In this document: positions 1 through 12,812 of the stretch, one piece after another
Position numbering within the stretch: the stretch's first letter is position 1
Layout of the letters: the number at the start of each line of letters is the position of its first letter
Origin: Narcine bancroftii
Lineage: Eukaryota
Reading direction: 5' to 3'
Assembly: GCF_036971445.1 (NCBI RefSeq)
Contig: NC_091477.1
Span: forward strand, 110,856,001 to 110,920,000
Length of the DNA stretch: 64,000 nt
The notes under the pieces: model-generated
The model's input: only the letters and a program-made list of their open reading frames with translations
Told to the model about the DNA's origin: nothing
Database searches by the model: none
Position numbers and translations under genes: made by a program

Positions 1-48
1 GTACATTTTGAAGGGTGGGAGAAAACTGGAGCGTCTAGAGCACACATA

Positions 49-1225
49 TCAAACTCTGGCCCGCGGGCCAAATTTGGCTCGCGATATAATTATATTTGGC
101 CCGCAAGATCATTTCAAAAATGTATTAGAGGTGGCCCGCCCTGCAGCGAGAGCCGATGCTGTTTTTTGGTAATGTCACCCCCACCATCCTCCCACTTCAT
201 TGCACATCCTTCCCCATTGTAACACGAGAAATTGTAACACGAGAAGTCTGTCCATGTCATCAGCCGGCAAGCCAGTTGGAAGGCTCCCCGCACAACCAGT
301 CACTTCTCCCACCTGTCGAGCGGTGCAGCGGATGGGCGAGCGCCTGTCATTTCCTGTCGGCGCGACGGGCATGGCAGGCTGCGCATGGCCCCCGGCCAGC
401 GCGAGCCCCGCACGACTAGCACCGGACAGCCCTTCCACAGCACGAGCGCACTTCTCCCAGTCGCCACGGCCTTCAGCGCTTGCACCCGTGCGGACCCCAG
501 GGATGGCTGGTTCGGCCCTGCACGTAAAGAAAGAGATGGTGGCTGTCCACAAAGGCTGATCGGCAGCGCGCTGGGCCTGAGTGGGTGGGTAAGCAGGGGT
601 GGGTAGAGGGTGTAGGTGAGGAGTAATGGGCAGGGGAAGTTATGGTGGTGCGAGGGGCAGTTAGAGGGAGGGATGAGTAGAAGGAGGGGTGGATAGGGAA
701 GAGGTAAAAGGGGAGGGGCAGGGCAAGTGGGGAGGAGTGATTAGAGGGTGAGAGACGGGTAGAGGGAGGAACAGGTTGAGGGGAGAGGCAGTAGAGGGGC
801 GTGTATAGGATGGGGTGGGTAGAGGCAGAGCGAGTGGAGTGAGGGGTGAGTTGAGGTTGGGTAAAGGACTGGTCAGGTAGAGGGATGGTGGGTCGAGGGT
901 GAATAGAGGCCTAGAGCCTGAGGAGTGAGCAGGAAATGCTGAGTCCTGATGCAGGCCAAAATGGACACAGCCTGTGAATGCTGACGACATCTCCACAGGG
1001 ACCAAATAGGTTACCCTCAGGTCAAGCAAAGGGTGAACTTGAGCTACCTACTCCTGACCTGTAACATTATCCTCCTAAAGTTATATCCTAAAGTTTAACA
1101 TTACATATGTTGAAAGAAGAGAAAACATGCAGATGTTGTTGAAAATTTTCAATAAATATTTAGTTCGGCCCTCGACTTAGTCCAAGTTTTTAATTTTGGC
1201 CCTCGTGAATTTGAGTTTGACACCC
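49..1225. mobile_element. Non-autonomous hAT (Charlie-like) DNA transposon inserted into a SINE fragment
   Basis: Ends TCAAACTC-TGGCCCGCGGGCC and GGCCCTCG...GAGTTTGACACCC are inverted and hAT-like. SINE-like sequence at 1-45 resumes at about 1226-1260. Confidence 0.65.
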
Positions 1226-2189
1226 ACGTAGACACAGAGAAGACATACAAACTCTTTATCTCTGTAACAGTGTCGTGTAACCACCTCCCTAAATGTGCTG
1301 CTGATGCCTGGAGGAAAAAAAAAATCAATATTTCCATTGCTGATCCCTTAACGTGACCAAAACTAAAAATATGTATATTAAAGCGTGGAGTGAGGAAAGG
1401 ATTAGGTTCCGAATGGTTGACACTTGTATTCTATTTTCCCAATAGTAACCTAAAAATTCATGAAGGAGAGATTAACACTGCCAGAAAAGATGGTGGAATC
1501 CAATACAATTTAGAGTCCGAATTTATTGTCATGAAATTCAGTGTTTTGCGACAGCGTCACAGTACCAAATATTCATACTATAACCATCTTACAACATTAA
1601 TATAAATATTTTAAAAATAAAAATAGCAGTGCATGAAAAGTAAGGCAGTATCTTTAGTTCGTTGATTATTCAGGAATCTGATGGCAGTGGGGAAGAAGCT
1701 GTCCCTGTGCCTTCGAGTGCTTGTCTTTAAGCTCCTGTACCTCCTTCCCGATGGTAGCAGAGTGAAGAGGGCATGGCCTGGGTGGTGGGGGTCTTTGAGG
1801 ATAGAGGCTGATTTACTACAATTACAGAAGCATTTGGATAGAAACTTAAATAGGCAAGGCTTAAAAGGAGATGGTCTGAATGTTGAGATTAGTATAGATG
1901 GGCAAAATTGTTAGCAATGCTATGGTGAGGTTGAAGAGCCTGTTTCTGCTGGTACAACTATTATGACTTAATATAAGAGGACCTGATTTAAAAATGAATG
2001 TTTGCTGCTCTCACAGAATTGAATTTTCACTCATTGATATGAAATTAGTACTCATAATTCCACCATGTTTATACACCAAAAAGGTACAAAATAATTTGAA
2101 CTAATTTTACAATTTGGGTTAAGAAACTCTGTCTCAAAGGAAGTGCACTATGTCTAAAGCTTTTGCTAATAATGTGTCTCATTGTACAG

Positions 2190-2304
2190 GTGTGTTGTTT
2201 GTGAAAGTTCAGCAATGGTCATAGCTGTGCACAGTCAAACTGTTCAGATCCCACCTTGCCCAAGAGGCTGGAGATCCTTGTGGATTGGCTATTCATTTGT
2301 AATG
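2190..2304 (+). CDS. COL4A3: Collagen IV alpha-3 NC1 domain, third-last exon (115 nt)
   Basis: ag|G...ATG|gt boundaries. Translates (R)[38 protein letters not shown], a typical alpha1-like NC1 sequence. Confidence 0.9.
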
Positions 2305-2914
2305 GTATGTACATAAAGGACTGCCACAGCAACAATGGAATCCATACTCTGGAAGAAACAAAGAAAAGTGTTGGGTCCCCCTATTGCTTACAATTTACCA
2401 TCACAACTTGAATATGATTGTCATTTAAATTGTAATATGGCATGCTCATGAGGGAGAGCAATGAAATAAATCTGACATTTTAAGCTCTGGAACAATTTTT
2501 CTATTCACCTGTATTGATTGGTCTCTGAAGTTTCTTATTTGATCTCTCTCTGTGCTTTTATGGAATCTTGCTCCCTGCTACTTGCCTTATAACACCCACT
2601 GTTACACCAAACCATGCACAAGAACAGGAAAAGTTCCTTAACAAGTTTGGTTTTTTTTTTCTGAAAGCCTGGAAATGCTTCTCTCTTCCCTTACAATCTC
2701 ACTGGGTTTTACTTCCCCGTGGTTATTAGACTGCAAGATATTGTGGAACGTTAACCCTTTTCCCTTCTGCGGGTATCTGAAGAACATTAGACAAGCAAAC
2801 CCTCCTTCCCTCTTCCAGCTTAATCTGCTTCTTGATCCTGAAACTATTTTCTCTGATCTGTACTTTTGTGAATATTTTTTATTTGAAATGTGTTTTGCTC
2901 CCTTCTTCCTCTAG

Positions 2915-3087
2915 CACAGAGGCTCAGGTGCCGAGGGATCAGGTCAAGCTTTGGCTTCACCAGGATCGTGTTTGGAAGAATTTCGTGCTGCACCTTTTAT
3001 TGAATGTCATGGGAGAGGGATGTGCAACTATTATGCAAATGCCTACAGTTTTTGGCTGGCAACACTGGATCCTTCACAGATGTTCAG
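2915..3087 (+). CDS. COL4A3: Collagen IV alpha-3 NC1 domain, penultimate exon (173 nt)
   Basis: ctag|CAC...TTCAG|gt. Translates [58 protein letters not shown]; phase is compatible with both neighbouring exons. Confidence 0.92.
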
Positions 3088-4830
3088 GTATAAGCTTTGC
3101 ACTTCAGAAAGGTTCAGTATGATTGCTAGATTTGAATTGAACTTATTCCCTGCAGCTTCCATGCTTGAAATTGCAAATCTAAACTCTTCCTGTGATGCTA
3201 TCGCTATATTTGATTCATAATTTTTTGAGAACCAGATATTAATTTCAATGTATGTGTGAAGTTGATTTAGCACCCATTTATATATTTTTTGGCTAAAAAA
3301 AACAGATTGGTTGGATTATATACTTCCTCAGTCAACATTGCAAGGCATCTGCCAAGCACTGACCAAACCCAAGTCTTCACAGCAGTGCACTCAGTACTGA
3401 TCCATTGTTCTCCAGCAACCTTCAGATTGGAAAGCATTAGTATATTACCCTTGATCAGTAGGCGGCAAACTGTTGAACATACCTTTCGCTTGAAAGTGAC
3501 AGACATAGAGAAGTTCATTGCCATAATCAGGGAGATACTATTCCTTGTCCTGATCTGTTTGCAGCCAGTGAAAAATTTCAATGAGGAGATTCATATTAAT
3601 GTTCAGACATTGTTTTCAATGATCTCTCTAATGTTTGGAACAAAGAATTGCTCTATGAACTTCTGAGTGGGTACGGCCTCCTACTGAGCTCTGTTAATCA
3701 GTATTTGGTCCTGTTCTGCTCATTCTTTCAGAAATGCTGGGCTCTAAGGTGGGATGCTTTCTAGTGTCTGAAAACAACATTTATACGGAAGCTGCAAAGT
3801 TAGGATGCTCCTTCAGTAACTACTCCCCAACTCCCTGCGTTCCAGAAAAAAGCCAAACACTTGTACAATTGTAACAATTATAGTCAATCAGGGGCTTGTC
3901 TTCAAGAAGTGATCAAATTTAGTTGGGATAATGAAGTAAACACAGTGATTATGTGGTCAATAGTGTAAGGTTTAAACGACAGAGAGATGCTTCATCAAGT
4001 TTAAGTTCATTGTCACATATACCGAGATGCAGTGATAAAAGTTTGTTTTGAAAGCAGACCAGCTAGACTTCTCAAACATCGTAATAGCAAGTGAGACCAT
4101 TACAGAAGTGCAGGGAGGGAGAGGGTTAGAGAGGGAGGGAGATCAGATGGTACAGAGAAAGGATAACACAATTTTATTATTGTTAGATTCATTCAGGAGC
4201 CTGACAATAGCAGAAAAGAAACTGCCCTTGAACCTGGAGGTTGCATGATCTCATGAATGTTTTTTTCTCAATGGAAGAGGGTGAAGAGAGTGTAGCTGGG
4301 ATGGAATGAGTCTTAATATGATGGCTGCTTTTCTAAGACAACTTAGAGGAGAGAGGGGAGTTATGTGTGACTGCCTGAGCTGTGTTCATGACCTCTAGTG
4401 ATACTGGTGTCCAATCATGTTCATTGATGTCACAATGTCCCTATTCTGCATTTTTCTGGCAGGCTTCCACTGTATATACACTAAAGATGTTTGGTGTAGC
4501 TTTTCAATTCAAGTGACCCTTCAAATGTGTGTACTCTTTTGAAGTTTTAAGTAAAACTCATAGCATCCAAAGAACTTGGATTATTGAGCTAATTTCTGGT
4601 CATTAATCACTACCTGCATTAACTCAAAATTCTACGTATAAATTATAACGATCTATTTATGAACAGAGAACAAAAGAGAGAAATTTGGTTAGGGTAGAAT
4701 TAATGTACAAATGGGTACTTGCTGGTTGGAAGAGACTGAAGAGCCTCTCTGCATGCTGTATCTCTTTGTGACTCTGTTAATAACAACTTAAGTACCCACT
4801 AAAAGAGATTCCTTATGCTTCTATTTTCAG

Positions 4831-4906
4831 GAAACCCAAGCCACAAACATTAAAAGCAGGAGAATTAAAATCGATAATAAGCCGGTGTCAAGTTTGTACC
4901 AAGTGA
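4831..4906 (+). CDS. COL4A3: Collagen IV alpha-3 last coding exon
   Basis: ttttcag|G then [24 protein letters not shown]. The IISRCQVC ending and the position upstream of MFF point to the alpha-3 paralogue. Confidence 0.88.
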
Positions 4907-6770
4907 ACATGGACGCAAAAGGATGTAATGTGCTCTTCCTAATAATTTCTGAATTGTGTTGGAAGAACAATGAAGATAATTTAACAATGGTGCTAAAATT
5001 GATCATAACAACTTGCCACTTTGGAGATATTGGTAACATTTACAAAAACATTTGCGTCAATAATGAGTAACCATCCATAGCACTGAATCTGCAACTAAAC
5101 TCTGCAAAACCACTGCTTTAGTTTATTGCATTGATACGTATTTTAACCTTGTAATGACACTGGTGCAGACACCATAATTCTCCATGTTAAAGGAAAAAAA
5201 AACTGGTAGAGGATTTTGATGGAGTTTCTCATGCTAAACCTTTTGGGTAAATTCCTGAACACAACATACCTTTGAATTTGTATGCGTTCACATTTAATTA
5301 TGGACATCTAGACATCGAATTCGACCCCTAAAGAATGAAATGAGAGCACTGAACTTTAGAACAGAGAAATCTGTATTAATCTGCATGTGCATTTTGACAA
5401 AGCATCAACTGTCCACAGTGATGATCCATATTGAGGATGCATTCAGAAAAAAGGTCTATTTTCTAAGAAACTGATTTTAAGGGTAGTTTTAATTTTTTTT
5501 TTATCTGGGTGATGAATTGGCTGAAATGTTATCCATTGACTCAAATTGAATGTGTTGCAACCATTCAGTATCACAATATTTTTATATGGCCAAAAAAAAA
5601 GCTTAAGCTGTGCCTTTTGAAGCTTCTGTCATCAACGATGAAATACAGTGAAACTTTTGGTATCTGGCACCTATGGGGATTAGTAGATGCCGGAGAAGTG
5701 TATTTTCCAGTCGCTTAAGACTTAGTCTTACAATGAACCTGCATTGAAATAGACAGATTAAAAGACAAAAATACTACAATGTACTTTGCTGAACAAACTT
5801 TACTTGGATGAATATATACTCTAAACTTTAAAGCATTTAACTTAATTTTCAATCCCATTCTTTAAAGACATTTAACTGTCGCTCCATCTGCAGGTTCCTC
5901 CCCCTCCATGGAGCCGCCTGAAAGACAAACAATAACATTATAGATAATTAACCCCCCCCCCCCCAAAGTTTACAGATAAAGCCTCTGACCAGGGCAACTC
6001 TTACTAAGCAGGAATAAGGAGACGTGTTAAGAGAGTCACCTCAACTTTGAGTGGTATCAACCAGCTCTTCATCCAGGGTGATGTCATTGCTGTTTCACAC
6101 AACTTTATTCAAACAGCTGCTTTGAGCAAAACACAACCCAGACACTCCGCTGGGTGAATATTTGCACCCATCTTCACCAAAGAACATTTACTTTTACAAT
6201 TTTAAATTTGCTTATTTTGCCTTTTATTTTATTCTTATTTATTTTTTAATTTTTTTTGCTGGTTGCTTGAATTCTGGATACCAAGGGTTTTACTGTAAAT
6301 GCTTTTAAATTTCAAAGCTGTTCTTCATACTACTGCCAGCAATCTAATTACAGATGGTTGAAAGACGTACAACTACAGAACAGAGGCCATTCAGCCTAAT
6401 GAGTCACTGCTAGTTCAATGTGCTTCAAGTTTAATGAAGACTTTTTCCTACATGGGAACTACTAGGTAAATGACTCATACATATGCACCAAAGTTTTACA
6501 TTCATTATCAGTTTAAAGTGGGCTCCTATAAGATTTATGATTAGAAAACTGATCACTTTTTGTTGAATTGTAAAAATTATATTTAAAAGATGGAAAATAA
6601 CTATAATAAAATCAGTCTGCACTTTAATATATGGACGGTTGAAATGTTATGAATAGCATACTGAAACACACCAGGTGGTTATTTTGTACAAATGCACATG
6701 TCATCTTGGATCTAGGTAATAGCTAACGATTACTGCTGCCAGTTGGTATTTAACACTTGAATTATTACAT

Positions 6771-8466
6771 TGTGGCGGTACGCCATTAGGCAGGCAAACC
6801 GGCCCCGCTTGTCACGCATGCAGCGGGGCAGCCAGCCAAAATGGCGCCTTCGGGGGTTTCCTCCCGACCTCGGCACTGGGCTCAGAAGCCCGAGCTTGTG
6901 GACCCATGTGACACCCTGGTGATATCGGGGCCACCAGTGCGGTCCAGGCAGGCAGCCTGCAATAAATCAGTTTTTGCTCACTGAACTCAACCCGTCTGGT
7001 TGTGCGATCCTTCAGTTAGCAGTGTAGTTGTCGCTACAATTGGTGACCCCGACAGTTCAAACGTCTTTGAACCCAACATGATCGACCCTTCGATCAACTC
7101 TATAGCCATCAAGCTTCCTGATTTCTAGGTTCAGGAGACGGAAACCTGGTTCAGCCACACAGAGGCTCAGTTTTACCTCTGCCAGATTTCATCGGATTCG
7201 ACCAAGTTTTACCATGTGGTCACCACCCTGGACCAGGCCACTGCCAAATGAGTGCTGCACTTCGTTCAGCACCCACCCACGGAAGATAAGTACGGGAACA
7301 TCAAGTGGGTGCTCACTGGCTCCCTCGGCCTCTCCAGGCACCAGTGTGCCGCTCGGATGCTGCGCCTCGACACCTTGGGGGGCAGAACTCCAATCGAGTT
7401 GATGGATGAGATGCTCGCGCTCATGGGCGATCACACCAACTGCCCACTCTTCGAGCGCACCTTCCTTGACCATCTGCCTGAAGACATCCAGCCGTTACTG
7501 TCCCAGGAGAGCTTCGTCATCCCTAGGAAGGTCGGTCAAAAGGCTCAGGAGCTATGTCTCGAATGATTCCCAGAGGGTTCAGCAGTCCACCAGGTTACGA
7601 GTCACGGGCATGACCACGCCAAGCCTTGCACTAGCGCTGCGGTGGAAAACCTGACCCCTGCAGGGGCCTCAAAGAGCATAGCCAGAAGCAAGATCCACTT
7701 CAGGTCCCTGCTTCTTCCACCAGCTCTGGGGAGCCAAGGCTTGGAAGCGTCGTCAGCTCTGTTCATTCCAGGGAAACGAGCAGGCTGGTCACTGTTAATG
7801 ACTGTGGCGGCTGGCCAAGAACACAGTATTCTCTGTGGGATTCGGTCAGCGGCCGACGCTTCCTCATCGCCAACGGGGCCCAGATCAGTGTCATCCCGGC
7901 CACACCCATCGAGTCCCAGAACCAGCCTCGAGGACCTCCCCTCCGTGCAGCCAATTCGATGGAGATCCAAACATATGGAGACAAGACTGTCCACTTCCAG
8001 ATCGGCCAGCGGAAGTTCTCATGGAGCTTCACAGTTTCATCCCTTCCAACTGCCATCCTGGGTGTCGACTTCCTCCTCACCATGGACTCCTGGTCAACAT
8101 TTGAGGTAGGCGACTGGTAGATGCCCGTACATTCCAATCCATTCGCCTCAATGCCTCCTGCACAGAGCAGCCGCAGATGGCCATGGTCAGCACGCCCAAG
8201 GACGAGTTTCAGCGTATCCTGGACAAGTTTCCATCCCTCCTCAAGCCGCAGTTCTCCGCCACCTCACCACACCATGGGGTGTTTCATTACATCCCCACTC
8301 AAGGCCCGCCGGTCCATGCCAAGCTCCAGATAGCAAAGGAAGAGTTCTCGCAACTGCAGAAGCTGGGGATCATTTGATGCTCTGACAGTCCTTGGAGCTC
8401 ACCACTCCACTTGGTCCCGAAAGCCTTCGGCGGCTGGTGCCCCTGCGGAGATTATCGACGGCTTAA
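6771..8466 (+). mobile_element. Truncated, decayed Ty3/Gypsy LTR retrotransposon (5' LTR, PBS, gag, protease, start of RT)
   Basis: LTR TGTGGCG...CGCTACA at 6771-7038 with AATAAA, and PBS TGGTGACCCCGAC at 7041. Gag-like IKLPDF*...WF from 7078, a degenerate protease motif FLIANGAQISV, and RT start SPWSSPLHLVPK...CGDYRRL. Many stops and frameshifts. Confidence 0.88.
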
Positions 8467-8789
8467 AGTTAAAAATATATTAACAATGCATGTATAATAT
8501 TGGAATACAGAATACAATGGGCCTTACAAGCATTACAGTTTGTTATTAGCTTTATATTCTCTCTGGCAAAATTCTGCCTTAAGTAACAAACCTTTGCTTT
8601 ATCTGACTTAGAGAAGACAAAGATATATTGCCAACATTTCAGGCCTGAGCCATTCTACAAGAAAGAATTAGAAAGGATATATCAGAAAGCCTCAGAATTC
8701 AAACAATGGGGGAGGAATCCAAATCAACAAAAGGTGTTAATTGTGATAAGGGACTAGGTGGAATTTAAGTGGAGTATCTCCTATGATCA

Positions 8790-9475
8790 CGGGTAGGTCA
8801 CAAGGGGACGATTGGTGGGGAGGGAAGAGAGACAAGGGAGTCACGGAGGGAGTGGTCCCTGCAGAAGTCGGAGAGGGGAATATGTGGAATCACGTAGTAG
8901 CTGGCAAAATTGGTGGAGGAGAATATTTTGGATGTGGAGGCTGGTGGGGTGGTAGGTGAGGACAAGAGGAATCCTGTCCTCCTTGCACGTGGGGATGGAG
9001 GGAACCAGGGCAGTGCGTAGGTAATGAAGGATAAGCGGGTGAGTACCAAGTTAATGATGCTAGAGGGAAAGCCATGTTGTTTGAAGATGGAGGACATCTC
9101 TGATGATGTAGCATGGAAGTCCTCATCCTGGCTGCAGATGCAACGGAAACTGAGGAATTGAGAGAATGGAATGGAATCCTTAAAGGGGACAGGGTAGGAA
9201 GAGGTGCAGTTGAGGTAGCAGTGGGAGTTGGTGGGTTTATAGATGTCTGTCAAGAGTTTGTCTTCAGAGATTAAGACAGAGATCGAGGAAAAGGAGAGTG
9301 TTGCTAAAGTTGGACCAAGTGAATTTGAGGTCGGGGTTGAAGTTGGCAGTAAAGTAGATGATGTCAACTAATTCATTATAGGTACATGAGGCAGCACCAA
9401 AGTTGTCATTGATATAACAGAGAAAGAGTTGAGGGGCCTTGCCTGTGTAGGCTTCAGCATGGATTGCTCCATGTA
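8790..9475 (-). mobile_element. Penelope-like retroelement fragment (RT C-terminal region)
   Basis: ORF 8798-9367 contains TDIYKPTNSHCYLNCTSSYPVPFKDSIPFSQFLSFRCICSQDEDF, matching the PLE pattern YRKPT...SSHP...IPFSQFLRLRRICS. Confidence 0.8.
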
Positions 9476-10329
9476 TTGTTATTTGCTAATAAGGTATAGG
9501 CTATCTAAGAGTTTCCAGTGTAATTCAACATACACTACTGTTTATTTTTGGATTCAATGTTGATATTATGCAATCAATCATATATATCAGGATATACAAA
9601 CCTAACTTTAATGGAAGATCTACTAAAAACAAGAGGGTTTTACTTTGAATTTGCATTCTGTGGACTACTATAAGAATGTCTGTGGAAATCAACTACTGTG
9701 AGACTCAGATTTCAAGCATCAACAAGACAAATGTCCACCCAGATTTAATAAACACTGAAGTATGGACTCCTCCCTCCCCCTTCATTGACAGTGATTGATA
9801 CCAGGCCCTCCGTTTATAGGGATTCCTGGCACTGATGGAGCATCTTGAAGAATTTTCTCAGACAGCAAACTAGAAAGTAACAAGCAGAATTTTTAACATT
9901 TCAAGTAACGACAAATATTATTTGGAACATGTTTGATGATTAAGATCAAATTTGATAGAGGCATCTTTTAAAATTAAATAAAATAGTGTTGCTGAGTGTA
10001 ACATTGAAAAAATACTTGAACCTTGGAACGAAGTGTCATATTTTCTGGGTATTTTGCATTGTTTGCAGATATTTGAAGACTTCATCAGGACACTGATTTC
10101 TGGATATGTTAAAGGGAATAATGCAAAACATTGATTTTGAACCTCATGTGAACACTGAACATTGAGTGGATTTATCAATATGCTGACTGCCAATCATAAC
10201 GTCAGTATCAGCACATTGTGAAGGGATGAGAAGATAATTTACTCATGTTGAGGATATTACTGCAGAACAACAGCAGAATGAATGAATTTCTATAAAGCAA
10301 CTACTTGCAGTCAAACATTTAGTGGTGCT

Positions 10330-10561
10330 TTAAATTTAGACATACTGCACAGTAACAGGCCATTTTGACCCACAGGTCCATGCCACCCAATTAACTTTCA
10401 ACCCCTAGTACATTTCAAACGGTGGGAGGAAACCGGAGCCCCAGGAAAGCCCACACAGACACGGGGAAAACATACAAACTCCTTACAGTGTGGGATTCGA
10501 GCCCCCTGTCCCGATTGCTGGCACTATGAAGGCATTGTGCCACCTGCCAACCATGCTGCCC
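10330..10561 (-). mobile_element. tRNA-derived SINE (V-SINE/HE1-like)
   Basis: Reverse complement has a GGGCAGCATGGTTGGC head, a B-box-like TTCGAATCC, a GGAGTTTGTATGTTTTCCCC core and a TCTAAATTTAAA tail. Same family as 32491-32746. Confidence 0.75.
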
Positions 10562-11250
10562 AAAGATTACTCAAACTTTTCTGCAAAGTTATGCCAAGAT
10601 AAAGTTTTAAGGGAAATGATCAATAAATATATATAAATGTAATTTGCTATGGAAAGACTGGATACATGTGTTTTATGCACATTACATGAGGATGATAAGG
10701 GAGGTGTGGGATATGTGAGACAATAGGAGATGGTAAAATAAAGGTTAAAAACTTTGACATTGTACTCTAGAATGAAAATAGAAAATATAATTACATTTCA
10801 GAAAACTATGAATGAAAAGAAGTCAAACTCTCTCCGGAGACTTGAACACAAAAATATAGATTAGCATTCCTTCCCAGTGCTAAATGAGTGTTTTGATTTC
10901 TGGTGATGTTATATTCCAGGTCATTAGTTAAAGCATGGCTCAACCCTTCCTCCAAAGTAGACATGAATATCCCATGACACCACTTAAAGAGGAACAGGAA
11001 GCTATCCTCCCTGTCCAGACTAATATTTGTCCTTCAAAGTGAATAGTTTAAATTAATTATCTGATCATTAACGCTTTTGTTGGATTTTGCTGTGTCCAAA
11101 TTGCCTGCTGTCTTTCTTAATGATAATGATGACACATTTCAGAAGTATTTAATTACCTATGAAGTATTTTATGGCATACTAAAGTTGAGTAAGGGTTTGT
11201 TATTGTTTCATTCTCAATGGCACTGACCTTGGAGGTTGTTAAAAATGATG

Positions 11251-12400
11251 TGTAGTGTGAATAAAAGCTCTCTCGACTGGAGGGAGAACAAACGCTTTTA
11301 TTAGCTTATAACTATGGGTAGGGTTTCCCAGTAGTCTTCAGAAGGGTTCTGGATTTAGGGCGGGAAACCAAGGTTATATGTGAGCAGATGGGGCGGAGCC
11401 AGGAGGCGGGTCCAGCCATCACCACAACCCATTACCAGTGAATCCCAGTTCACTGCATTCACCCCTTTCTGTAAAATTTAGGGTCTGTGAATGAAAATAG
11501 AGAATATGGGTTCAGAAAAAAAGGTTGAAAAATATACAGTTATTTACAAATTTAAGTGGTCTGGGGGTCTGGAGATCCTGGTGGAGCGCCTTGGACTCCT
11601 TGGGACTCCTGGTCCCTTGAAAGAGAGGAGAGGCAGGCTGGGTCTGCGGCTCAAAGGTGAAGGGGGATGCACTTTCTTCCTGAACCGGATCTCCTGAGGC
11701 CCTGACTGAGGGCGGCAAGAATTAGCTCTGTGGCTCACAGGGCACGAGGCAACAAATCCTCTGTTCCGGTGGGTGCCAGGTCCCTGATGGAGACGGTGTC
11801 CTTTCTGCCATCCAGGAACTCCACAAAGGTGTATATGGGATTGGCATGGAGCAGTTTCACCCTTTCCACCAGGAAGTCGGTCTTGCTTCTCCTCACGTGG
11901 TTCCTGAGAAGGACTGGACCAGGAGTGGTGAGCCAAATTGGGAATTAGTTCCCGATGCTGACCTTTCGAAAGTGAATATGAGTAGCGTTGGTCGCAGAAC
12001 ATAGTAGCGACTGGATGGAATGGAGCGCCATAGGGAGGACTTCCTTCCGGCATGAGTCTGGAAGGCCTTTTGACTTCAGGGCCAATTTGACAGCCTTCCA
12101 GTCTGTGGCATTCTCCTTTTCAACCTGCCCATTCCCCGAGGGTTGCAGCTAGTAGTCCTGCTGATGCGATCTCCTCCACTAGCAGGTACTAACGTAGCTC
12201 GTCACTCATAAAGGATGAGCCCCAGTTGTTATGAATATAGCTGGGATACCCAAACAGGGCAAAAATGGAGTCTAGGGCCTTTATGTTTGACTAATGAAGT
12301 GGACGTGTCTGGACATGGGATGGTGAATGGAAGCGGGAGTACTCATCAATGATAAAGAGGAAGAAGGTGTTCCCGTTTGTGGAGGGGAGAGGTCCCTTAG
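11251..12400 (-). mobile_element. 3' part of a Gypsy LTR retrotransposon (integrase, PPT, 3' LTR)
   Basis: On the minus strand: decayed integrase (GPLPSTNGN..FL.IIDEYSRF...FALFGYPSYIH..WGSSFMS...GNGQVEKEN), then PPT AGAAAGGGGTGAA, then LTR TGCAGTG...CACTACA at 11457-11251. Confidence 0.85.
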
Positions 12401-12624
12401 AACGGAATTCTGGAAGTCAGGTCTGCCATTGCTTTATCCCCATGGTCTTTATAAATTGTGTGCTACAGCGCTACCAATTTTCCAATGCTGTTTAAAACTT
12501 GTCCACTATTGCTATTTATTTCCTCTCTCTCTCCCCCACTGCGATTTTCCCATGGTAAAGTTTTATGCCTTCATTTTAATCTTTTCTCACATGAAAACTT
12601 GGGTCATTTGAATCCCACAATGCA

Positions 12625-12812
12625 ATTACCCATTTCACACTTGCCTGATTGCAGATGCCATGGATAGTACTAGGGGCCGATGCCGGCAATCCCTGGCGTG
12701 AGATGACATCATCTGATGACGGCGTTGAGCTGAATTTGCTTTCACACTTGCCACTTTGAAGGTCGATTGACGTTTGATTGCTGGGATCACTTGCAAGTGT
12801 GAAAGGGGCTTA
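12625..12812. mobile_element. MITE-like element with TTTCACACTTGC / GCAAGTGTGAAA inverted ends (Harbinger-like)
   Basis: Inverted CCCATTTCACACTTGC ... GCAAGTGTGAAAGGGG, with an internal copy of the same motif. Confidence 0.5.

Noticed and set aside
156-1029. Cluster of ORFs at the window start
   Set aside because: They lie in the GC- and purine-rich interior of a non-autonomous hAT element in a collagen intron and show no transposase motifs.
9670-10290. Sequence with a coding-like look between the Penelope fragment and the SINE
   Set aside because: The frames I translated have frequent stops and no recognisable family.
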